A stretch of DNA of 50,174 bases, from positions 1-50,174 of the IMG/VR virus record IMGVR_UViG_3300032269_000479; one strand, written 5' to 3'. A model generated the notes under the pieces. The model searched no databases. It was not told the DNA's origin and saw only the letters and a list, made by a program, of their open reading frames with translations. Every line of letters starts with the position of its first letter. Within the stretch, counting starts at the first letter, position 1. Source of the stretch: a virus (taxonomy: Duplodnaviria; Caudoviricetes). Below, piece by piece: positions 17,794-27,486 of this stretch. A program made the position numbers and the translations under genes.

Positions 17794-19040
17794 TTGATAT
17801 CCCTATATTGTGCTACTTCAGGTTGAATAAGAACATCCCAACGATCATGACGAAGACTTGGTTCTGTGTCAGCATCACCTGTAAGTTTGTTTTTACAGAT
17901 ACTGAAGTGCCTGACGTTTTCGTAACCGTCGGTGTTGAGGGCACCAATACCTAGCATCCAGTCTGCCTCTGCTTGTTTAGAAGTTTTACTGTTGACAGTA
18001 TCCTCCATTGTTAGGTATCTTTTGTTAGCCGCGCTTTCTCCTGCTTGGCAAACTCCAATAGTCGGGGCAAACTCTTTTGACAACTCTCTAGCCCATTGAT
18101 ATATCGCACCAAGTTCGAGGTCATTGCGGTCGCTATTGAATCCCTTGATCTTGTCAATCTGGTCAAAGATGATAAGTCCTGCTCCATAACTTCGGACAAT
18201 ACTCTCAACATCTTTGCGGTAGATGTTAGCTGAGTCATAAATTCGGATTCGGTCACCGGTCAGCTCCTTGTATAATTTTTCATTCTCTTCTATTTTAGCA
18301 TAGAGTTGGGGGTTTGTCAAACCGAGAGCTGCTCGGTAGCAGTAAGCTTGAACAACGTGACCTTCCTGTTCATTGTTGAACCACAAGATTGGCTTGTCGG
18401 TCTGACTTGCCATGTGGGTAGCAACGTGAGAAAGGAACGTGGTCTTACCCGTTTCAGGGCGGGCAAAAATGAAACCGTAGTCGCCTTGCCGCAAACTTCC
18501 AAGGCGCTTGTTGAGGCTAGAAAGAGGCCAACGTAGTCCAGAGTTTACCTCACGACGTTTGGCAATCTCGGCTAGGCTTGAGGAGACAAAGATGTCCTCT
18601 TTAACCGTGTTTTTACTGGATGCCTCCAAAACGTCTTGAATCTCACCAGAAACTTCGCTCCACGATTTCCGGCCCTCTGCTATGTCCAGACCTAAAAGAG
18701 CGATCCTATTGCCGTCCTGACGCTCCCTGTAGGCATTGATATAGTCATCAATAATACGAATATCAACATCTGTCTCTTCCAACCGTTGAAACAAGGGAGA
18801 GAAAGATTCTTTTTCTTTGTCAGTGCTTGCTGGAAACTGAGAAAAGAAAAAGAGTTCAAATTCTGAAGTAGATTTGATATCCTGATCTGGATATTTTTCA
18901 TGGTAGAGAGAAATACAAGATATTAATTTATATAAGTCCTTATTATTAGTTTTTAATAGATTAGTATTAATATATTTATTATATTTATTATATATAGTAT
19001 TACTGTAAAAGCTTTTAATTAGACATAACTCTATCCGCAT
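17790..19040 (-). CDS. DnaB-like replicative helicase
   Basis: Walker A ARPETGKTT, NNEQ, IIFDQIDK, KQAEAD and KNK motifs. Confidence 0.92.
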   Translation of the reverse strand: MRIELCLIKSFYSNTIYNKYNKYINTNLLKTNNKDLYKLISCISLYHEKYPDQDIKSTSEFELFFFSQFPASTDKEKESFSPLFQRLEETDVDIRIIDDYINAYRERQDGNRIALLGLDIAEGRKSWSEVSGEIQDVLEASSKNTVKEDIFVSSSLAEIAKRREVNSGLRWPLSSLNKRLGSLRQGDYGFIFARPETGKTTFLSHVATHMASQTDKPILWFNNEQEGHVVQAYCYRAALGLTNPQLYAKIEENEKLYKELTGDRIRIYDSANIYRKDVESIVRSYGAGLIIFDQIDKIKGFNSDRNDLELGAIYQWARELSKEFAPTIGVCQAGESAANKRYLTMEDTVNSKTSKQAEADWMLGIGALNTDGYENVRHFSICKNKLTGDADTEPSLRHDRWDVLIQPEVAQYRDIN

Positions 19041-19083
19041 AGTTCCCCTGATTTGAAAATATATATTTACTCACAAAGATAAT

Positions 19084-19112
19084 ATTATATCCTAAGTTTA
19101 ACTATCTGTCAA
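19084..19112 (-). promoter_or_regulatory. Consensus sigma70 promoter upstream of the helicase
   Basis: Minus strand reads TTGACA-17 nt-TATAAT exactly. Confidence 0.88.
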
Positions 19113-19120
19113 ATGAGAAA

Positions 19121-19456
19121 TCAGTCGTCTTCATCATAATCATTTTCAAAAATGGAGGCAAGATCTTCTAGCGGGTAAGTGTAAAGCATGACAAGCACCT
19201 TGCAGTCTTCATCTTCATTGGAGACGTATTCCCATACCGGAACAAATCCCGCCTTTGTTAGAAGCTTAACGAGGGTTTTCTCATCGTCTATGACATTCCA
19301 AATAAAGACTTTTACAGGACTACCATCATCATCTGCTCTTGCCTGTTGGATGCCTTCCATGAAATCATAGATTTCTCTTACTGTTTTTGGGTTTCCTTCA
19401 TAACCAGCAGACAGCTCAATCATTGAGCAGGTGTAGTTTAGGCCATGTTGGTTCAT
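19121..19456 (-). CDS. Hypothetical protein (possibly GNAT-like fold)
   Basis: 111 aa, acidic, AAGGA SD, contains LLTKAGF. Confidence 0.6.
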   Translation of the reverse strand: MNQHGLNYTCSMIELSAGYEGNPKTVREIYDFMEGIQQARADDDGSPVKVFIWNVIDDEKTLVKLLTKAGFVPVWEYVSNEDEDCKVLVMLYTYPLEDLASIFENDYDEDD

Positions 19457-19472
19457 ACGAATATCCTTTTTT

Positions 19473-20240
19473 CTATCTTCCGTTTGTTAAAAAAGACTGT
19501 ATTTGTGAGTCGTTATATTCTTTTGGATCAAGATCACTTACAATGCTTGTAACACGATCAAAGAAAACAGTTGCGTTTTGCCTAAAAGCCATTGATTCTC
19601 GTAATTTGTCGTTATCAAGCCAGATCGACAAGTAAAAAAACATCTTCGACAAGGCCGACAGACGATCTCGTCCAATGTGAGAGCCCCAAAGAGGCATTGC
19701 TGTGGTTTGGCGTGATACCTTTATGGCAGATATTAAGTCTTCTGTCAAGACACAGCTGCCATTATCCACAACATTTTTGCCTTTAATTACGTGAAAAACG
19801 TCCTCGGACTGGCCTCGTGTGAGATACTTCGGGGCTGCTGGGTTCTTCGAGAACGACCTTCCTTGGTAGAAAAGAAGCTCAAACCCATCCCCATACACAG
19901 GAAAAATCAGCCTTTCTTGTAGATCGCTCCACATAAAGTTATGGTCAGCTATTTCATTGTCTGTTATCCCATATTTAGACAGCCAAGCACATACATCTGA
20001 AGGAAGAGCCAACGAAGCGTCATATGGAAGACGAACAACACCGGCCTTTAGATCAGCAGCGTCCCGATCAAGAAGACGTTTCTCAATGTCTCGAAGTGGG
20101 ATGTTGTCTGAAGCAACGTAATAACCGCAGCTCCAGCACCACATGTGCCCATCATCAAAGACACCGAGATTGTTTCCTTTTCGGTCTCCACCTTGCTCCC
20201 TACAAGAAGGACAAGGCTCGTTTTTCTCCCACTGTGACAT
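19473..20240 (-). CDS. DNA primase (zinc finger plus TOPRIM)
   Basis: CPSC...D...CWSC, RLIFP, YQGR, KY, TED..SA, WLDND. Confidence 0.9.
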   Translation of the reverse strand: MSQWEKNEPCPSCREQGGDRKGNNLGVFDDGHMWCWSCGYYVASDNIPLRDIEKRLLDRDAADLKAGVVRLPYDASLALPSDVCAWLSKYGITDNEIADHNFMWSDLQERLIFPVYGDGFELLFYQGRSFSKNPAAPKYLTRGQSEDVFHVIKGKNVVDNGSCVLTEDLISAIKVSRQTTAMPLWGSHIGRDRLSALSKMFFYLSIWLDNDKLRESMAFRQNATVFFDRVTSIVSDLDPKEYNDSQIQSFLTNGR

Positions 20241-20241
20241 A

Positions 20242-21009
20242 CTACCCCGCTATTTGTTTTTGGATAAGCTCAGCAAGAGGGTTGATTGGGGGTGTAGTCA
20301 ACATCGAAGCCACACCAGAGCAATCATGCACCTCACCTGTCACACGATCATTTCCCCAACCTGTGCGCGATACCGTAGTCTTTCTCCGTTCTTCCACAAT
20401 CGCTGCCAGCTTCTGTAATGAGGGAAGAAACGAATCAAAGCTAAGGAAATAGCCGTCCTTCTCAGGGCTCTTTTTCTTGATTTCTTCATCCCAATCCCCG
20501 TTTAGTTCTTCGTAACAGCAGAAGCGAAACAGGAGGGTGTAAATACCAATAAGGTATGAGTTATCTTGCCAACGCTCGTCTGCCTCAACAACAAAGGTCT
20601 GCGAACCACAATCTACAGGCCGGTGAAAAATCGTAGGTTTAAAGCCGTTATGTTTTTCTACAGGAACACCAATCCTATCCCAGTTTGCAAGGAACTTTTC
20701 TAAGGGGACTACTGGAAGACGCACGGAAAGGAGTGTCCTGCTCTTTTCATACGACTGTGTGCTGTTGTCCCATTCAAACCCATAGATCTTGTAAGGTGTC
20801 TGATTAAACTCGGTGGAATGGAGAGCATCTGAGAAATAATCACGACACTTAGCCGGAAGCATAATTTCAACAAACTTGCCGTCGTTCGTCTCATTGACAA
20901 AGGCAAATTTAATGGGCTGCGACTGGGCTATTTCAGAATACCCATACTCGTTTTTTGGGAGGACAAAAGGAACAAAAGCATGGTTAGTCGCGGTCATTGT
21001 TGTGCTCAT
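20242..21009 (-). CDS. Hypothetical protein
   Basis: About 255 aa, contains KCRDYFSD, at the end of the amidoligase block. Confidence 0.7.
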   Translation of the reverse strand: MSTTMTATNHAFVPFVLPKNEYGYSEIAQSQPIKFAFVNETNDGKFVEIMLPAKCRDYFSDALHSTEFNQTPYKIYGFEWDNSTQSYEKSRTLLSVRLPVVPLEKFLANWDRIGVPVEKHNGFKPTIFHRPVDCGSQTFVVEADERWQDNSYLIGIYTLLFRFCCYEELNGDWDEEIKKKSPEKDGYFLSFDSFLPSLQKLAAIVEERRKTTVSRTGWGNDRVTGEVHDCSGVASMLTTPPINPLAELIQKQIAG

Positions 21010-21178
21010 CAGCTTCCCTTTCAGTGTCATCATTGGAAATAAACGGCTCGTTTACCGGCACATCATCAGAAATATAACTAAAACAATTATCACAAAGATC
21101 AATCATCTCCCCCGTCGCGATGGATTTACGAACACTCTCACGATTGCTTAGTGCGTTGTTGCAAGAAAGGCAGCGCAT
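20984..21178 (-). CDS. Small zinc-finger protein
   Basis: MRCLSC...DLCDNC followed by an acidic tail. Confidence 0.75.
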   Translation of the reverse strand: MRCLSCNNALSNRESVRKSIATGEMIDLCDNCFSYISDDVPVNEPFISNDDTEREADEHNNDRD

Positions 21179-21189
21179 GTAGTTCCTAA

Positions 21190-21960
21190 TTAGTTATTAT
21201 TAAGTGCTTGTTGGATTGCGCTCACATATCGTGAGACTGTCGTTCCCTCAAGGCCAGGGGCTGTATTCACTTCAAGAACATAGGCCTTACCTTCATGTTC
21301 GTTCCAGATAACGTCAACGCCTCCAAAGTCAAGGCCAAGCGCAAGCACAGCAAGACGTGCCTGTTCTTTTACGTCATCAGGAACTGTAATGCCTTCTCGG
21401 CAAAATACCCAACCATTTTCCTCTGTGCGTATCTTTGAGTTTGACTCTGCTCCTTTCCTCCTTTTCTTCTGTTGAGCATCAAAGACAACCCCGTTACAAA
21501 CGTGAACGCGGAACTCCGCTTTCTTGGGTTTGTATTTGGTATACAAGGGACAGGCTTGGAACTCCTCTGGGCTTGACATAAGAACAATTCCCTGTCCTCG
21601 TGTTCCTGTCAGGGTTTTACGGCCCACAACAGTTGTCCCTTCAGACAGCCATTGGGCTGCTACGCTGCTGACCGTAGTTGCTTCAGGACAGCGCACTTCC
21701 TTGGCTATAAGGTGAGCAAAAGCTTTCTTCTTGTTGACAGCAAGCCCCACCTTCTCTGGAGGGTTAAGCCAGCGGCTACCTGCTGCAACAGCCTTGCCAA
21801 ACCAAGCCGGCATAGTGCCGTTACCCCAGTTTAAAATGACATCCCAAGGCCGTGGGCGGTATTTTCCTGTAGGGAAAACACGAAACGACCCAGTTGCCTT
21901 GGCAATGTTTCTTGCCCCTTGTGAGGACATCTTATACGGAAAAACAACAAGACGTGGCAT
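21190..21960 (-). CDS. ATP-grasp enzyme (RimK / glutathione synthetase-like)
   Basis: LNWG, NKK, G..GQGI, EFRVHV, GLDFGGVDV, VLEVNTAPG. Confidence 0.92.
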   Translation of the reverse strand: MPRLVVFPYKMSSQGARNIAKATGSFRVFPTGKYRPRPWDVILNWGNGTMPAWFGKAVAAGSRWLNPPEKVGLAVNKKKAFAHLIAKEVRCPEATTVSSVAAQWLSEGTTVVGRKTLTGTRGQGIVLMSSPEEFQACPLYTKYKPKKAEFRVHVCNGVVFDAQQKKRRKGAESNSKIRTEENGWVFCREGITVPDDVKEQARLAVLALGLDFGGVDVIWNEHEGKAYVLEVNTAPGLEGTTVSRYVSAIQQALNNN

Positions 21961-22007
21961 TTAGTTCCTTTCTTTTTTAAACATTACAAGGTTTGTAACT
22001 TAACAGC

Positions 22008-23387
22008 TTAGTGCATTGCTTGACGACGCACCTCTTCCACATCTCTATTGTTGACTGCAATAAAGACATCCGTGACCATAATCGAAAAGCCACTATTATC
22101 TGGCATACGCTGGATTCCACGAATAGTTCCCTCAAGAATGTCAGCGTCCATCAAAGAGGCTACCCGTTCTTTGCCCGCAGTAAATCCTTTAACTTCCCAC
22201 GTAGACTCAGCCAGAACCGGTATACCCGTGATACAATACTGGGGCTGTTTCTTAGAGGTAGAGTAGAAGTCAATGGGCATCCACTGAAGCTTCTCGCCCA
22301 CACGAAAAGACGTTTTAGACAACGGAGAAGTAACCGAATCCGGAAACATCTCTGCCTTTGTCTTCACTGGCTTTGTTTGATTAGCCGCGTGGTAGTTGGG
22401 AGCACTTGGCGGCGGAAGATATGCCGGAGGTGGGGTATACGCAGCCGGTTTAGATATCGGCGTGACGTTACTCTTGCTCTTGAAAGGAACAGCCGGTGGT
22501 TCCGGAGCTTCCTCCATCTTACGCCAAACACCATTGACGAACTCCCAGCCTTCTCGAATATCGCCTTCTTTGTTTACCGTAGGTTCCACTTTGGGAACGG
22601 GAGATTTATCCTCAACAACATCCTCGTATCCCTCCCAAGCAGAGCCGTATCCCCTGTAACTGTAAGTGCGAGTCAGGGGGGACTTATACTTGACCCGCTT
22701 GACCACATCCCCAGCCAGATCTATACACAGATAGGTAAACGCAGGAAGTTCCTCAAAAACCGGAACTGTTTCCTTGTTTCTGTCCAAAATCCAGTGCATC
22801 ATCTTGGGCTCGGAGGCAAACATCATCCGGTTAAATTGCTTTTGTGCCGCAATCCAAAGAGGACGATCATGGTTTCGCGCAATGTTGAGGGTCTTTTGCT
22901 TAAGATCATACCAGACAATAGCATAGGCTCCCTCAAGCTGTTCAAGAACATCCAAAGTATCATAGGAAGCAAGAGCAACTGTCAGTCCGTGGCTGTCTAC
23001 CTCCTTGCTTTTTGCCTCTTTACCAAAGGCCTCCAGATTTGAGATGAAGCCATTATGGACAAGCACAATATCACCGTGCTCAAAAGGATGGGCGTTTGTC
23101 GTGTTCCGCTTACCAAACGTGGCAAAGCGATTATGACCAAAGATAATAGGGTCACAGTCCTTTGCTGCATTGTCAAGCCACGGCATCACACCTTGGGCAC
23201 GGAACAGGCCAAAAGGATCACCCTCTATCTTACGAAGATCGTAGTTGCCATCCCGCATAACACGAACAATACCGGTGCCGTCTGTTCCACGAAGACTATC
23301 TCCAATAAGTGCTTGTTTGAAGATGTCAAGATCACGAACAAACAGACCACCAGCACTGAAACAAGAAAGACCAACAATACCACACAT
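22008..23387 (-). CDS. Class II glutamine amidotransferase (Ntn hydrolase) with C-terminal extension
   Basis: MCGIVG, RG.DGTG, GHNRFAT, NAHPF, HNG, VDS, GAYA, RPL, FASE. Confidence 0.93.
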   Translation of the reverse strand: MCGIVGLSCFSAGGLFVRDLDIFKQALIGDSLRGTDGTGIVRVMRDGNYDLRKIEGDPFGLFRAQGVMPWLDNAAKDCDPIIFGHNRFATFGKRNTTNAHPFEHGDIVLVHNGFISNLEAFGKEAKSKEVDSHGLTVALASYDTLDVLEQLEGAYAIVWYDLKQKTLNIARNHDRPLWIAAQKQFNRMMFASEPKMMHWILDRNKETVPVFEELPAFTYLCIDLAGDVVKRVKYKSPLTRTYSYRGYGSAWEGYEDVVEDKSPVPKVEPTVNKEGDIREGWEFVNGVWRKMEEAPEPPAVPFKSKSNVTPISKPAAYTPPPAYLPPPSAPNYHAANQTKPVKTKAEMFPDSVTSPLSKTSFRVGEKLQWMPIDFYSTSKKQPQYCITGIPVLAESTWEVKGFTAGKERVASLMDADILEGTIRGIQRMPDNSGFSIMVTDVFIAVNNRDVEEVRRQAMH

Positions 23388-23431
23388 AGAACTTTCCTTT
23401 TTACAGAGTTAAAAATTAATTAGAGTTAGGG

Positions 23432-24700
23432 TTAGTTAGGGGGAACATACGGAACAATCTCGTCTTGCCACCACGCATTCACAGACTGATTAATGGAGCC
23501 TAAGGAGGCAGTGGGAGGAGGAACGTTGATTGCCATGCCGGTAGAAACAGGAGGCACTCCAGTTACCTCACCAACCAAAGCAGAAACCTCATCAAAAGAC
23601 ATCGTAGAGAGTGATTTTTTCTCCCCTTGTTTTGCTTTCTGTTTTAGCCAGTAGGCTGCCGCTTCCTCTTTAGTGCGAAGAACAAAAGCACTAACTCCAC
23701 TGTTTTTAGGGAACTGATGTTGTGGATAGAACAGAGGATGGTTGTTAATCAGGCACTCTTTGGCAAAAGAGAATCCAGTGGACAGCTCCTGCTTCATGCT
23801 GTAAGTGTTGGGTAATACCGTAGTAAGCCCCCTAAACACAAGACGCTGGAAGTCTGCATAATTAGAAAATGTATTCATCTCCTTGATATAGTCAGTGATA
23901 CATCCACGAGACAAGCGAACAGAAGCTTCTTTTAACGCAAGAATCAAGTCAACCCAAAGAGCAACTTTACCCGCATCCCATTCCCCATTAAGGTGCCGAA
24001 ACTCCATTGTGCCGAGATCACGAAGACGCCCAATGTTCAAGGCCGAGTATTTTGACCAACGCTCAAACAATGTCGGGGTTATGTCATTCCCATTGCCGGT
24101 GTCGTTGAGGAGTAGGTTGATATCATTTGTCAAAAGCGTCCGTGTTAGAGGAACACAGAAAACACTTTTCTTCCTGTCCTCACAAGAGAAGCGAAACAAA
24201 GAGGACTCAAACACAGTGTAAAGAAGAATAAGGTTTCCCAGTTCTGCCGTAGTCAGATCACCAACATCCAGATGGACATGGATACTGGTTCGCCAACTGA
24301 AAGAAGGCTTTTTCCCCAAACAACTGGACAAGAAAAGATACAAACTTGCCAACGAGGAACGCACGTCAGAAGCGTGAAGAATATGAGAAACAAACTCCCG
24401 CCCGTGGTTTCTTAAAGAACCATCGTTCTGGATAAGCCAATCAGGACTAGCCTTCGAGTCTAATGTAAAAGAAACATCCTCAATTTCAACCTCAAGGCCA
24501 ACATGGCCGTCAGTGCTGCGTAAAACGGGAATGTTTTCACGAAAAGCAGTAAAAGCATTCTCTTTTCGGCGATAGCCCCAATACCCACGAAGGTGTGTTT
24601 CCCAACCATCTGGGACACGGGACGCGTGAATATCTTTTGCCGAAAGCAGCCCATAGATAGTGTTAATCTTTAGGGGAGGTTTTGATTTAATTGTCACCAT
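23432..24700 (-). CDS. Putative amidoligase (glutamine synthetase / GCS-like COOH-NH2 ligase)
   Basis: VGLEVEIE, DGSLR, EFVS, SIHVHLD, KYSALN, TMEFRH. Confidence 0.9.
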   Translation of the reverse strand: MVTIKSKPPLKINTIYGLLSAKDIHASRVPDGWETHLRGYWGYRRKENAFTAFRENIPVLRSTDGHVGLEVEIEDVSFTLDSKASPDWLIQNDGSLRNHGREFVSHILHASDVRSSLASLYLFLSSCLGKKPSFSWRTSIHVHLDVGDLTTAELGNLILLYTVFESSLFRFSCEDRKKSVFCVPLTRTLLTNDINLLLNDTGNGNDITPTLFERWSKYSALNIGRLRDLGTMEFRHLNGEWDAGKVALWVDLILALKEASVRLSRGCITDYIKEMNTFSNYADFQRLVFRGLTTVLPNTYSMKQELSTGFSFAKECLINNHPLFYPQHQFPKNSGVSAFVLRTKEEAAAYWLKQKAKQGEKKSLSTMSFDEVSALVGEVTGVPPVSTGMAINVPPPTASLGSINQSVNAWWQDEIVPYVPPN

Positions 24701-24709
24701 GTTCTCCTG

Positions 24710-25420
24710 TTAGGCCTCTACTGTAATTCCTTGTGGGGTAAAATAATCAATATACTCCTGCCTCAAAAGCGGCTCAGTAACAGCAATCCGCCCCTCATTA
24801 ATGATCTGTCCCGACGGAATATCTTTGAACCAGATTGACCGTAGTGATGAGGCAACACCAAGAGACACAGCAAACTGTGGGCTCAAGGCAAAGCCAAACA
24901 CATTGGGATCATTGTCCATCTTGCTCAGTCCATGTGACAAAGACCAGAAACGATCATTGCGAGACAGCAGTATTGTCCAATCTGCTACGGAACCTTCAAA
25001 GGCATAGGCTGACCAGAAAGAAGGAATAACATGTTTGAATCCCAGCAAACCACGAACAGCTGAAGTTAGGCCGAACGATTCCATTGTTCCCGAACAGATG
25101 CCTTTTTTGTTCTGGCGAAGGGGTATCCGAGAAATATGGACAGCACCTTTCCGGTGGTTGCACCATCCCTCTACCGGAAACCAAAGCTCAAAGAGAACTT
25201 TGTCCTCAGTTAAAGCCACCTTTGCAGGTGTGTCGCCATAGCTTCGCAGTGTAAAATACCGCTTGTTCCCCGAACTTGTAAGATCAATACCAGAAACAGC
25301 ACGAAGAACAGGAAACCGCTCGGTCTTGTAGTCCTGCGTAAGGACAACCGTGTCGTTTAAATAAAGACGCAGGTCATCCAGAGTTGCCTCTGGAAAAAGG
25401 CTGTCAATATGCTGTAGCAT
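24710..25420 (-). CDS. Hypothetical protein within the amidoligase cluster
   Basis: About 236 aa, contains R.P.RQ.KKG, positioned between the two ligase genes. Confidence 0.7.
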   Translation of the reverse strand: MLQHIDSLFPEATLDDLRLYLNDTVVLTQDYKTERFPVLRAVSGIDLTSSGNKRYFTLRSYGDTPAKVALTEDKVLFELWFPVEGWCNHRKGAVHISRIPLRQNKKGICSGTMESFGLTSAVRGLLGFKHVIPSFWSAYAFEGSVADWTILLSRNDRFWSLSHGLSKMDNDPNVFGFALSPQFAVSLGVASSLRSIWFKDIPSGQIINEGRIAVTEPLLRQEYIDYFTPQGITVEA

Positions 25421-25421
25421 A

Positions 25422-26327
25422 TTAGGCAAAAGCCCCCGTGCCAAAGTAAGCCGGAGAGTCGCATTTCTTCTTCATCAAGGTTTTGTCCAACGTGCGATAA
25501 ACAAGACCAAAGCAGTGCAGCATCTCCCAAGCAATTTTCGTGTTGCCTGCATCAATAGCTCCTTTGATGCTGGCGCCGTAATCCTCCAAAAGAAACACGG
25601 CGTTCGGGGTATTCGCAACTTTAAAGGCCGTGACAACACCATCATAAGCCCACGACATCAGTTCGGATGAGGCAGTCCAGAAGTTAGACAGCACGCGGTA
25701 TTCGATACCGTAGTCTTTATCACGGAAAGCACCACCCTTACCATAAAGCTCTTTCCGGCGTGTGTCAACATCAATAAACAGACTAGGCAAGCCCAACGTA
25801 AGGTCGAGTGCCTTAACTATCGGCTCCTTGTCAAAAACAGACAGCTTGCTTGCAGGCTTGTCGTTCTTGTTAAAGGAAACGTGAATGTGGCCACCAGCTG
25901 TTCGCATTGTTTGGAGCAATGCGCTGCCAGTCTCCTTGGGAGAAGGATTAGCCGTGCGTGTCCACACACAGAAGTCAGGCTCACAACCAAGTTCCTGTGC
26001 TTGACGGGAGCTAAGCTGTTCCTTGGTAAAAAGCATGGACGGAGCAATGGCAATGTCCAGACCCAACTCTGCCGTAAGGCTATCCAAGTAACCACGCATC
26101 GTTGTCAACTGGGATACAAAGGACTCCTTGGTTCCGGCGGGAGGAACGTTATACTCCAACATAACATTATCCTCCTGAACAGCGTATCCCTTACCCAGTG
26201 TAGCAACAGGTTTGGGTTTATGCTTTGTGCCACCAATAAGACCAACCGCAGGCACCGGAGTTTTGGTGACACGAGAAGTTAAAAAGACCTCTGTATCAGT
26301 TCCGACTTGCAAAAGTTCAAAAGACAT
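25422..26327 (-). CDS. phiEco32-like COOH-NH2 ligase type 2
   Basis: GTDTEVF, GGTK..P, QEDNV.LE, GCEPDF, RTAGGHIH, R.ELYGK.G.FR, YGIEYR.LSNFW. Confidence 0.92.
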   Translation of the reverse strand: MSFELLQVGTDTEVFLTSRVTKTPVPAVGLIGGTKHKPKPVATLGKGYAVQEDNVMLEYNVPPAGTKESFVSQLTTMRGYLDSLTAELGLDIAIAPSMLFTKEQLSSRQAQELGCEPDFCVWTRTANPSPKETGSALLQTMRTAGGHIHVSFNKNDKPASKLSVFDKEPIVKALDLTLGLPSLFIDVDTRRKELYGKGGAFRDKDYGIEYRVLSNFWTASSELMSWAYDGVVTAFKVANTPNAVFLLEDYGASIKGAIDAGNTKIAWEMLHCFGLVYRTLDKTLMKKKCDSPAYFGTGAFA

Positions 26328-26374
26328 AGATTTCCTTTTAAATAAAATGTTACAAGGTTGTAACGCTTAGTGGG

Positions 26375-27082
26375 TTACTTCAAAAGAAAAGCAGAAACAA
26401 GTTGACGCGAATACTCGGCAAACTGACCGCTGATGTTCGCCCACTCGGGGTGCCCTTGTATTACAAGGCATCTTGTCTTTTTAAAGAAGCCAAACTCTAC
26501 CTCATGGGGAGGTATGCGAACCGTCTCGGATTCCTCCTCAAAATAACAGCGAGAGTGGTCGGCTTGGTGTGCCGTGTATCCAAGAAGGGTAAACTCATTT
26601 TCAGGTAAATCAAACGGCCACATCATTTGGTGATGGCAAGACGTAACATCTATTTCAATGTCCTGCCAAGCTTTTGGCACAGGTGAAGATTCAAGCTCGG
26701 GCAGAAAGACCTTGTGGTTCTGGTTGTGGTTGGTCACATGCTGAATCAACGAGCCGCCAGAAAGAACACACCCTAACTGAGCACCACGACAAACACCAAC
26801 AATACCAGCGCCGACTGCCACTGCCCGTTTAAAAATTGCTGCTTCAAGAGCATCCCGATTGTTATCAGAAGGCTCCGTCATTTCATTTCGTTTTGCGTTG
26901 TAAAGATTGGGGCTAACATCAGTGCCGCCCTCAAAGACAACAACGCAGTCTTTGCTGACTTGCCCCATGTGTTGAAAGATCATTGACGCACTGAAAAGTG
27001 AGCCAAAGACACGACCGGTGTGAAATCCCCGATCAACGATGAGTAAAGTGTTGTGTTTCTGGTCTTTACTTGGAGCTGCCAT
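26375..27082 (-). CDS. Class I glutamine amidotransferase / peptidase C26 (PuuD-like gamma-glutamyl hydrolase)
   Basis: GGTDVSP.LY, RD..E, GVCRGAQ, HHQ, QGHPE. Confidence 0.9.
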   Translation of the reverse strand: MAAPSKDQKHNTLLIVDRGFHTGRVFGSLFSASMIFQHMGQVSKDCVVVFEGGTDVSPNLYNAKRNEMTEPSDNNRDALEAAIFKRAVAVGAGIVGVCRGAQLGCVLSGGSLIQHVTNHNQNHKVFLPELESSPVPKAWQDIEIDVTSCHHQMMWPFDLPENEFTLLGYTAHQADHSRCYFEEESETVRIPPHEVEFGFFKKTRCLVIQGHPEWANISGQFAEYSRQLVSAFLLK

Positions 27083-27083
27083 G

Positions 27084-27323
27084 TTAATGTAGTGTCCTTC
27101 CGGTTGCTTGTTTCTTGATTCCAGGTCGCGGTATTTCTTTCCAAGTAGCGGCTGATGGTTTAGGTGCAAGTGGAGCCGGCGGCGGATACCGTAGTGGCTT
27201 GGCTTGCCGTGGCTTACGCCGACGCTCGGGCGGAGTGCTAGGTGGAGCAAAGAACGTAAACAAATACGCCCCGCCTAACAGAACAAACAACAAAAGAAAA
27301 GCGTCCATGTGTTTACTGACCAC
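27084..27323 (-). CDS. Small membrane-anchored basic protein
   Basis: N-terminal TM segment followed by a Pro/Arg/Lys-rich tail. Confidence 0.55.
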   Translation of the reverse strand: MVSKHMDAFLLLFVLLGGAYLFTFFAPPSTPPERRRKPRQAKPLRYPPPAPLAPKPSAATWKEIPRPGIKKQATGRTLH

Positions 27324-27486
27324 TTTTCTTGTCTGCTTTGGTTACACCCTTGTAACCCGATTTGGTTTTGGGTTGTGGTGTTTCCATGAGGCAGTCATGA
27401 CCGCGTGGATAATTGACAGCCTTTTGCAGCACCAACAGCTGCGAGAAAGACGCCAGTGTTTTACCTGTTGCCGCTTGATGTTTCAT
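27313..27486 (-). CDS. Small hypothetical protein (57 aa)
   Basis: MKHQAATG...; ATGA overlap with the upstream ORF. Confidence 0.4.
   Translation of the reverse strand: MKHQAATGKTLASFSQLLVLQKAVNYPRGHDCLMETPQPKTKSGYKGVTKADKKSGQ

Noticed and set aside
22011-23042. 343-aa plus-strand ORF
   Set aside because: It is the antisense shadow of the class II GATase, with no recognisable motifs and against the operon direction.
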